The notes beneath the pieces are model-generated. The model was given only the letters and a program-made list of their open reading frames with translations. It searched no databases and was not told where the DNA came from. Shown here piece after piece: positions 20,120-26,622 of a stretch of DNA of 48,803 bases (positions are counted from its first letter, which is position 1; the number at the start of each line of letters is the position of its first letter). Made by a program: the position numbers and the translations under genes. Source of the DNA: an uncultured Thermus sp. (lineage in GTDB: Bacteria; Deinococcota; Deinococci; Deinococcales; Thermaceae); NCBI GenBank assembly GCA_947085095.1, contig CAMTVD010000021.1, forward strand, positions 1 through 48,803. The letters run 5' to 3'.

Positions 20120-20164
20120 TGGTGGGCGGCAGAGGATTTGAACCTCTGGCCTCTCGCTTGTAAG
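20120..20164 (-). repeat. att site: displaced 3' half of tRNA-Val (anticodon loop to CCA)
   Basis: 39/45 identical to 27875-27919, with a perfect 15-bp core CCTCTCGCTTGTAAG. Confidence 0.92.
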
Positions 20165-20269
20165 ACGGGCCAAAAATGGCCGCTATCATGCGGAAATGCC
20201 CTTCTGGAGGTGGATTTCTCCGATGCGCTTTTCTGGAACTTACTACAATAGCCGGCCATTTTCGGGCCC

Positions 20270-20293
20270 ATAGACCGGCTGATAAACCGGCTG
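20270..20293 (+). repeat. Putative integrase arm-type site, left end
   Basis: ATAGACCGGCTGATAAACCGGCTG (tandem 12-mers), identical to 27802-27825. Confidence 0.75.
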
Positions 20294-20332
20294 GTGTTGG
20301 AATGGTTCCCTCTATTGAGGGGCCGAGCTACC

Positions 20333-20527
20333 TCAGAACTTTTTCGGTAAACCCGCCTGCTTGAGCACGGCGTTGGCGGTGTGGCGGGATTTTATCCTCC
20401 CGTCCACCACGAACTTGCGCCCGGTGAGGGGGCTGTACCAAATCTCGTGGTCCCCCTTGCCCTGACGCACGGGGTAGCAACCCGCCTCCCGAAGTAGGCG
20501 CTTGACCTCGGGGGTGTAATCCGCCAT
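20333..20527 (-). CDS. hicA: HicA-family toxin (mRNA interferase)
   Basis: 64 aa, basic; L..AG...RQGKGDHEIW and final VLKQAGL fit the HicA pattern. Confidence 0.88.
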   Translation of the reverse strand: MADYTPEVKRLLREAGCYPVRQGKGDHEIWYSPLTGRKFVVDGRIKSRHTANAVLKQAGLPKKF

Positions 20528-20748
20528 CAGGCCAGGGCTAGGGGGCGGGTGGCCTCGAGGTGGAGCTCCACCGGGGGCTCCACCCCCACCCCGTTCTCCT
20601 CAAGGAGCTCCGGCACCACCACCGCCAGCTTGGCCAGAAGCTCGTCCAGGGTGGGGGCTTCCGTAGCGAGGCCGGGCACGTCTTCGCTTTCCGCCACCCA
20701 CACCCCCGCCTCCCCGTCCCAAAAAGCCCGTACCTTGAGGGCGCGCAT
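20527..20748 (-). CDS. hicB: HicB-like antitoxin (DUF1902 type)
   Basis: WDGEAGVWVAESEDVPGLATEAPTLDELL; acidic; stop overlaps the hicA start (TGATG). Confidence 0.82.
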   Translation of the reverse strand: MRALKVRAFWDGEAGVWVAESEDVPGLATEAPTLDELLAKLAVVVPELLEENGVGVEPPVELHLEATRPLALA

Positions 20749-20785
20749 ACCCGTAGGATACCGCAAGAGGGCGTATGCTGAGGGT

Positions 20786-21496
20786 ATGGCGGTTCCCGAA
20801 ACCCAGCTTAGGAGGGCCGCCTGGGCCCTTTTCTGGGTGGCGCTTCGGGAAGAGGCCCCCGAGGTCCTGGAGGACCTGAAGGGGCTCCTACCCCTCTACC
20901 GAGAGGCCGCCCCCGCCATAAAGGTCCTGGGCGTGTGGAGCTGGGCGAGCCTGGAGAGGGCCGCCGGAACCGCCAGGGTGTTCCGGGAAGTCCCCCCTCA
21001 CGCCATCCCCTCAGGCTGGGAGCCCGTGGTGGGGAGGGCGGGGCAGGCCCTCCTCCACCTCCGGGAGGCCCTTCTGGCCTGGGCCGGGAGGTGGGGGCTC
21101 ACCGGCCCCGAGGAGCCCCTGGACGCGGGCCTGCAGAGCCTGGCCCTTTGGGCCGCCGACCCCGGCCTGCCTTTCGGCTTCGCCCTTGTGGAGGGGGTGG
21201 TGGACAAGGCCGGGCCGGGGCTGGAAATCCCGCCCTTTGACCCCCTGGCGGAAGACTGGGCCGCCTTTGAGGCCCGGGCCAGGGAGCGGTTTGAGGCGTG
21301 GCTTCGGGCCTACCGGGACTGGGCCCAGCTCCAGGCTGAGCGCCCGGAGCTGGCGGTCCATGCCCGTTGGCTGGCCTTCCGCAAGCGGGGGCTTTCCTAC
21401 CGGCAGATCGCCGATGGGGCCCGGGAGCCCGTGGGGGAGGATGCCGTGCGCCACGGGGTGGTGCGCCTGGCCAAGCTCCTCGGGCTGAGGATGTGA
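20786..21496 (+). CDS. Hypothetical element protein with C-terminal helix-turn-helix (putative regulator)
   Basis: ATG 20786 is 6 nt below TATGCT; C-terminus GLSYRQIAD...EDAVRHGVVRLAKLLG is HTH-like. Confidence 0.7.
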   Translation: MAVPETQLRRAAWALFWVALREEAPEVLEDLKGLLPLYREAAPAIKVLGVWSWASLERAAGTARVFREVPPHAIPSGWEPVVGRAGQALLHLREALLAWAGRWGLTGPEEPLDAGLQSLALWAADPGLPFGFALVEGVVDKAGPGLEIPPFDPLAEDWAAFEARARERFEAWLRAYRDWAQLQAERPELAVHARWLAFRKRGLSYRQIADGAREPVGEDAVRHGVVRLAKLLGLRM

Positions 21497-21575
21497 ACCG
21501 AAGCACATGACCGGACACGGGTAGCCCCTGCTCGTGTCCTGGACTTCCTCCGCCTTCTCCCGCCACCCTGGGGGC

Positions 21576-21791
21576 ATGAACGCTGATAAGCGGCTCCTGA
21601 AGGTTGAGGAGGTTAGGCGGCTGGTCGGTGAGGACCGTTTGGGGAGGGACGCGGCGTATGCGTTAGCCCGCCGGTTCGGGGTGCGGCTTGGCAAGCGCCT
21701 CCTGGTGCCGTCCCGGGTGGTGGAGGCCATCCTGGAGGGGCGCTTGGGGGAGCTTGAAGCGGAAGCCCGCCGTGGCGGGGCGGGCCGCTAG
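21576..21791 (+). CDS. Excisionase/AlpA-like small DNA-binding protein
   Basis: 71 aa; LLKVEEV..L...LGRDAAYAL....GVRLGKRLLVP resembles Xis/HTH_17 winged helix. Confidence 0.7.
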   Translation: MNADKRLLKVEEVRRLVGEDRLGRDAAYALARRFGVRLGKRLLVPSRVVEAILEGRLGELEAEARRGGAGR

Positions 21792-21800
21792 GGGGTGGGC

Positions 21801-21971
21801 ATGGAGCGCTCCTCCATTCAGGGGCCCGATCTGGACAGCATCATCTTGGCGCTCATCCAGGTTTTAGCGGAGATGCTGACCCCCGCTGGACGAGTTGACG
21901 CGCTTTTGGCGCTGTCCCGCCGGGTTGACGTGGACATCGTTCGGGAGGAGGGCGGCGATGAGCGCCGTTGA
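21801..21971 (+). CDS. Small hypothetical protein (56 aa, not in the ORF track)
   Basis: MERSSIQGPDLDSIILALIQVLAEMLTPAGRVDALLALSRRVDVDIVREEGGDERR; fills the gap between the xis-like and prim-pol genes. Confidence 0.55.
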   Translation: MERSSIQGPDLDSIILALIQVLAEMLTPAGRVDALLALSRRVDVDIVREEGGDERR

Positions 21972-22854
21972 GGCCGCCAGCCGCTACATCAACCTGGGCT
22001 ACCCGGTCCTGCCCTTGGCTCCAGGAGAGAAGCGCCCCCACCCTCGCCTGGTGCCCCATGGGCTGAAGGAGGCCACCCTGGACGAGGCCACCATTACGCG
22101 CTGGTGGCGGGCCTGCCCGGAGGCGGGGGTGGGCATCTTGCCTCCTGAGGACGTGGCGGTCCTGGACGCGGACGGGCCGGAGGTGGTGGCGGCCCTTCTC
22201 TCCTACTGGCCGGAGCTGGAGGGAGCCCCTCTGCAACGCACCCCAAGAGGCGGGGGGCACTTCTTCCTGAGGGTGCCCCCCCACCTGGCCGCCTCCTTGC
22301 GCACGGGGCGGGCCAAGGGGCTTTCCGAGCTAGGCCCGGTAGACGTGAAGGGGCTGGGGCGGGGCTACTTGGTGGCCGCCCCTACCCGGCTCTCCGTCGG
22401 CTCCTACGTGTGGGGGCGGCCTTTGAGGGCCCCGGGGGAGCTTCCTCTTTGCCCCGAGGCCCTGCTTGGGGCCCTCCTCCCCCCGCCCCCGCCGCCGCCC
22501 CCGGAAGTACGCCCCACCCGGGGAGGGGCCAGCCCCAAGCGGCTCCATGGGCTCCTTGAGTGGGCGTGCCGGGAGGTGGCCGCCACCCCCCCGGGGAACC
22601 GGCACAACCGGCTCCTGGCCCTGGCCCGGCTCATGGGGGGCTACTGCCACCTGGGCCTTGACCCTGAGGAGACCGCCCACGCCTTGGCCCAGGCCGGGGT
22701 GGAAGCGGGGCTTCCCTGGGGGGAGGCCCTGAGGGCGGCGCGGGACGGGGTGAGGTACGGGCTCCTGGGCCCTCTTGACCTCCCCGTCCCAACGCCCCCC
22801 GCACCCCGCACCTACCGGGCCCGCGTCTACGCCCGCGTGAGGAGGTGGGCATGA
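21958..22854 (+). CDS. Bifunctional DNA primase/polymerase (Prim-Pol, AEP superfamily) with PriCT-like C-terminus
   Basis: GYPVLPL..GEKRP...HG..EAT, GVGI, VLDAD, RTPRGGGHFF, GYLVAAPT; C-terminal GNRHNRL; GGAGG SD. Confidence 0.88.
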   Translation: MSAVEAASRYINLGYPVLPLAPGEKRPHPRLVPHGLKEATLDEATITRWWRACPEAGVGILPPEDVAVLDADGPEVVAALLSYWPELEGAPLQRTPRGGGHFFLRVPPHLAASLRTGRAKGLSELGPVDVKGLGRGYLVAAPTRLSVGSYVWGRPLRAPGELPLCPEALLGALLPPPPPPPPEVRPTRGGASPKRLHGLLEWACREVAATPPGNRHNRLLALARLMGGYCHLGLDPEETAHALAQAGVEAGLPWGEALRAARDGVRYGLLGPLDLPVPTPPAPRTYRARVYARVRRWA

Positions 22855-24590
22855 CCTTCCAGGACCTTCTCAAGCGGGTGGAAGGGGCCAAGGCGGAAAC
22901 CCTTCCCGCCCTCCTCCCCGAGCTCTTCAAGGGCATCTACGAGGGAGGCCTCCTGGATACCGAGGTGGAAGCTCTCTTCCTGGGCCTCAAGAAGAGGACC
23001 GGGGTGAGCGTGGGAGCCCTCCGTAAGGACTGGGCCCGCTACCGGGCCACGCGGGAGGAGGAGACCCGGAAGCAGGCCGCCCCGGCCCTTACCCCCGAGG
23101 CCCGGGAGGCCGCCCGGGAGCTCTCCGAGGACCCCGCCCTGCTCCACAAGGCCATTCGGGCCATAGGGGCCCTTGGGGTGGTGGGAGAGGAAGAGAACCG
23201 GGCCCTCCTGTACGTGGCCCTCCTTTCTGCCAAGACGGAAGCCCCCATCTCCGTCCTGGTGAAGGGACGCTCCTCCTCGGGGAAGTCTTTCCTGGTGAGC
23301 ACCGTGCTAAGGCTCATCCCCCCTCGGGGCTACTACGAGCTCTCCAGTATGAGCGCCAAGGCCCTGGTGTACGCCGACTTGGACTTTCGGCACCGCCACC
23401 TGGTGCTCTACGAAGAGGACGGGCTGAACAACGAGGAAGTGCTCTACCTGGTGCGCACCCTCCTCAGCGAGGGGCAAATCCGCTACCTGACCGTGGAGAA
23501 GTCCCCCCAGGGGCGCATGGTGGCCCGTGAGATCCACCGCCCAGGGCCTACCGCGCTCATCACCACCATGACCAAGGGGCTCACCAAGGAGGACAACGAA
23601 ACGCGCACCTTCAGCCTCTACATGGACGACAGCAAGGCCCACACCCTCCGGGTGGTCCAGGCCTTGGCGGAACAAGAAGCCCTGGGCGCGCGGCCCGAGG
23701 TAGACGTGGCCCCCTGGCACGCCCTCTACGAGGCCCTTCCCCAAGTGGAGGTGGTGGTGCCCTTCGCCCCGGCCATCGCCCGGCTCCTGGAGGCCCAGGA
23801 CCTCCCCGAGGACCTGACCCGGCTCCGCCGGGACTTTGGCCGCTTCCTCACCCTGCTCAAGGTGGTGGCCCTCCTCCACCACGCCCGGAGGGAGGAGCGG
23901 GGCGGGAAGCTGGTGGCCGCTTTGGAAGACTACGCCCTGGCCTACCACCTGGCCGCCCGCCCCCTGGTCCGGAGCGTGCGCACCATAAGTCCCCAGGCCC
24001 TCAAGGTGGCCGAGGCCGTGAGGCGGGTGGTCATGGACAAGGAGGCCGAGGCTGACGCTAAGGCCAAGGGCCAGGAGGGCGGGAGGGAGTTTTGGGCCAC
24101 CCCCTCCGAGGTGGGCCGGGTCCTGAAGTGGGGGCGGCGCACGATCTACCGGTGGGTTGACCTGGCCGAAGAGGGGGGGCTCATTGAGGTGCGCACCGAG
24201 GGGAACCGCAAGAAGCTGTACCCCGTGGAGGACGCGCCCCTGGACGAGGCCGCCTACCGCCTCCTGCCTGAGCCGGAGGAGCTGGCCCGGGAGCTGGGGG
24301 AGGAGCTGGCCTACGTGCACCCCGTGCACGGGGGGTGGGAAAAGAGGCTTCTCTCTTTCCCCCAAACCGCGTGCACAACGCCCGCAAAAAACGCCCCGAA
24401 CCCCGTCCTGAACGGCGAAAACCCTTGTGCACGCCAAGTGCACGAGCGTGCACGCGTGGAGGAAAACTCGCGTCCTGGGGAGGAAAAACCCCGTGCACAT
24501 GAGGAAGTGGCTTTCTCATCGCAAAAACCCGAGGAACGTGCACGCCCCGCGCACGCCCCCCGTGCACGCCCCGGGTGGAGGGAGGTGTAG
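22851..24590 (+). CDS. P-loop ATPase / putative replicative helicase of the element
   Basis: Walker A GRSSSGKS, Walker B LVLYEE, C-terminal wHTH-like segment; ATGA overlap with prim-pol. Confidence 0.78.
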   Translation: MTFQDLLKRVEGAKAETLPALLPELFKGIYEGGLLDTEVEALFLGLKKRTGVSVGALRKDWARYRATREEETRKQAAPALTPEAREAARELSEDPALLHKAIRAIGALGVVGEEENRALLYVALLSAKTEAPISVLVKGRSSSGKSFLVSTVLRLIPPRGYYELSSMSAKALVYADLDFRHRHLVLYEEDGLNNEEVLYLVRTLLSEGQIRYLTVEKSPQGRMVAREIHRPGPTALITTMTKGLTKEDNETRTFSLYMDDSKAHTLRVVQALAEQEALGARPEVDVAPWHALYEALPQVEVVVPFAPAIARLLEAQDLPEDLTRLRRDFGRFLTLLKVVALLHHARREERGGKLVAALEDYALAYHLAARPLVRSVRTISPQALKVAEAVRRVVMDKEAEADAKAKGQEGGREFWATPSEVGRVLKWGRRTIYRWVDLAEEGGLIEVRTEGNRKKLYPVEDAPLDEAAYRLLPEPEELARELGEELAYVHPVHGGWEKRLLSFPQTACTTPAKNAPNPVLNGENPCARQVHERARVEENSRPGEEKPRAHEEVAFSSQKPEERARPAHAPRARPGWREV

Positions 24591-24790
24591 CGTGCGCACC
24601 CCCCGTGCACAAAGCGCCGTGAACCCCGTCCTGGACGGAAAGGGCAATGTGCACGCCGTTTCCGCCCTCCTGGACGGGACTGGCATGGGGGGTGTGCACA
24701 CCCGTGCACACGGCGTGCACATCGGTTTTCGCCGTCCTGGACGGCATTACTGCCCGATTTTGGGCGAGTTGTGCACGCGGTTTGGGGGGG
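24315..24790. repeat. Mirror-symmetric GTGCAC iteron array (candidate replication origin)
   Basis: 15 GTGCAC copies; ~95-bp imperfect inverted arms 24359-24453 and 24694-24790; interspersed CCGTCCTGGACGG palindromes. Confidence 0.8.
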
Positions 24791-24815
24791 ATAGAGGCGC
24801 GCAAAGGAGGACCCC

Positions 24816-25418
24816 ATGACCGGAGGACTGGATGTCCTGGCCATCTCATGGAACCTGGGAAGCCTGCCCCTGACCCGGGAGCAGGGGGGGCTCCTCCTCC
24901 CGGAGGAGGCCCCTGAAGAGGTCTTCCAGGCCGTGCGCCCCCACAAGGCCCGCCTTCTTTGGGCTTTGGAGGATGGGGAGGAGGTGCCTGCCCGGGGGCT
25001 CCTGGAAGACCCCCGCCGCTTGGTGCTCCTCCTTGTGCCCGAGGGCGCGGAAGAAGGGGGCGCGAGCCTGGTGATTTACCCCGAGGGGGAGGAGCCCCCG
25101 CGCCGCTACCTGGTGCCTCCGGGGAACCTGACCCCCTTCCTCCTCTGGTCAGCCCGCCACGAGCCCAGGCCGCGCCGGGTGTGGTGCGGGGGCGTGAAGG
25201 GGCGCTGGGCCGTGGACGTGGAGGTACCCCTTGAGGCCGCCCTGGAAGCGCCCTTCCTCGGGCACGTCCTGGCCGGGCCCGAGGAGGGGGTGGAGGACTA
25301 CCTTCGCGCCCTCCGCGAGGGGACGACCGGGGGCAAGGTGCGGCTTTGGCGGCCTGGGGAGGAGGTGCTGACTCTTGGCGTGGAGGAGGCGCTGGAGCTG
25401 GCCGCGCTCCCCTTCTGA
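24816..25418 (+). CDS. Hypothetical element protein
   Basis: 200 aa, strong SD AAGGAGG, host-like codon usage. Confidence 0.75.
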   Translation: MTGGLDVLAISWNLGSLPLTREQGGLLLPEEAPEEVFQAVRPHKARLLWALEDGEEVPARGLLEDPRRLVLLLVPEGAEEGGASLVIYPEGEEPPRRYLVPPGNLTPFLLWSARHEPRPRRVWCGGVKGRWAVDVEVPLEAALEAPFLGHVLAGPEEGVEDYLRALREGTTGGKVRLWRPGEEVLTLGVEEALELAALPF

Positions 25419-25427
25419 GGAGGTGCC

Positions 25428-25733
25428 TTGAGCAGGGTTTTTGGAAACCCACCACCGTTAGAAAGGCCCGGAAGGGCCCGGGGGGAGGAGGTGGAGGCCT
25501 TCCCCTCGGGGGCGCTGGAGGAGGGGCCTGGCCCCCGTGCAACCCCCTTGCGTGAAGTGGCCGCGTGGGTGGGGTGCTGGTGGCCGCACGCCAGGTTTGC
25601 GGGGCTGACCTCCCGGGGCTGGCCCTACCTCGGGGGCCGCTTCCTCAAGGAGGGCTACCCCACCCCGTGGGGGATTGTTTGGGTTGACGGCCCCAAGACT
25701 TGCTGGGCCTGGCAACCGAGGGAGGTTTATTGA
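25428..25733 (+). CDS. Hypothetical element protein
   Basis: TTG start with GAGGAGGT SD; stop overlaps the next ATG. Confidence 0.6.
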   Translation: MSRVFGNPPPLERPGRARGEEVEAFPSGALEEGPGPRATPLREVAAWVGCWWPHARFAGLTSRGWPYLGGRFLKEGYPTPWGIVWVDGPKTCWAWQPREVY

Positions 25734-25987
25734 TGGGAACGCGTTTGAGGAAGGACTTGAGCAGGAGCAGGAGCGCCCTCATGCGGGCCCTCCGGCGTAG
25801 CGAGGAGCTTCTGGCCCACCACGACCCCGGCACGGCCCTCAAGGCGGCCCACGCCATCGCCGCCCTGGCCGGGGCCGTGGTCAAGCTGGTGGAGGTGGTG
25901 GACCTTGAGGACCGCCTTCAGGTCCTTGAGGCCCGCGTGAAGGAGCTGGCAGGTGATAGAATGGCCACAAGGAGGAAGACGGCATGA
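25733..25987 (+). CDS. Small helical/coiled-coil protein (possible small-terminase-like)
   Basis: GGAGGT SD; ALKAAHAIA...EVVDLEDRLQVLEARV. Confidence 0.7.
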   Translation: MGTRLRKDLSRSRSALMRALRRSEELLAHHDPGTALKAAHAIAALAGAVVKLVEVVDLEDRLQVLEARVKELAGDRMATRRKTA

Positions 25988-26178
25988 AGCGGCTGGAGCG
26001 CATCCTGGACAAGCTTGAGGACCTTCTGGAAGGGGGCGGGCCCGTACTCATCAGCGTTTGCTACGAGGGGGCCGATGGCACCACCCTCTACCCCACCCCC
26101 GAGGAGAAGGCCAGGGCCATCCGCGAGGCCCTGGAACGGGGGCGGGACTTCGCCGTAGCGTGGGCGCGGGAAGCCTGA
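25984..26178 (+). CDS. Small hypothetical protein with N-terminal coiled coil
   Basis: MKRLERILDKLEDLL; AGGAGG SD; ATGA overlap. Confidence 0.7.
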   Translation: MKRLERILDKLEDLLEGGGPVLISVCYEGADGTTLYPTPEEKARAIREALERGRDFAVAWAREA

Positions 26179-26202
26179 GGCTCTTCCCCGTGGGGCCAGG
26201 GG

Positions 26203-26267
26203 GTTGTGCGCGAAACAAATCTTTCGCGAACAACTAACCTGGGGGCCTCCCCTGGTCCTGCTATAAT
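26203..26267 (+). promoter_or_regulatory. Palindromic operator and extended -10 promoter of the integrase operon
   Basis: GTTGTGCGCGAAA-N6-TTTCGCGAACAAC (12/13 match), then TGCTATAAT 6 nt above ATG 26274. Confidence 0.6.
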
Positions 26268-26273
26268 GGCCCT

Positions 26274-26501
26274 ATGCCGCGAGGTCAGAACCTGAAAAGC
26301 ATCCCCCGGGAGGAGCGCGCGCGCCGCTTGGGTTTGGTGCCCATACCCCGCGGGGAGGCAGGCAGGAAGGTGTACATCCGGGCCCGGGAGAAGGCCCTGG
26401 CCCTCCTGGAGGCCCTACCTCCCCAGGAACGGGGCCGGGTGGTGGAGGCGGGCCTCGAGGCCCTGGGCTACCTAAGGGGGGAGGAGGGCCGTGAACCTTA
26501 G
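26274..26501 (+). CDS. Small basic protein, ribbon-helix-helix-like putative regulator
   Basis: RKVYIRA strand followed by two helices; leaderless promoter. Confidence 0.65.
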   Translation: MPRGQNLKSIPREERARRLGLVPIPRGEAGRKVYIRAREKALALLEALPPQERGRVVEAGLEALGYLRGEEGREP

Positions 26502-26622
26502 GCGGCTTTGGTCCTGGCTTCGCTTCGCCAAGATGCTGGCCCGGGGGCGGGTGGGCAAGAGGTGGGCCATCCGCCGGGTGAAGTGGCTTTGGCGGGGTAG
26601 GAAGAGGCGGAGGTGGTGGTGA
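26491..26622 (+). CDS. Unannotated 43-aa Arg/Trp-rich peptide
   Basis: GGAGG SD plus GTG; MNLRRLWSWLRFAKMLARGRVGKRWAIRRVKWLWRGRKRRRWW; stop overlaps the integrase ATG (TGATG). Confidence 0.5.
   Translation: MNLRRLWSWLRFAKMLARGRVGKRWAIRRVKWLWRGRKRRRWW

Noticed and set aside
20120..20164. Second functional tRNA-Val gene
   Set aside because: Only the anticodon loop to CCA is present; D-arm and 5' acceptor strand are missing, so it is an att remnant
24315..24790. CRISPR-array interpretation of the GTGCAC repeats
   Set aside because: Repeat unit is only 6-13 bp, arranged with mirror symmetry and not as direct repeats with unique spacers; no cas genes nearby
23307..25542. Minus-strand ORFs of 397, 453 and 211 aa inside the element
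   Set aside because: Pro/Arg/Gly-rich shadows; the similarity of the 211-aa ORF to the helicase tail is explained by the DNA inverted repeat
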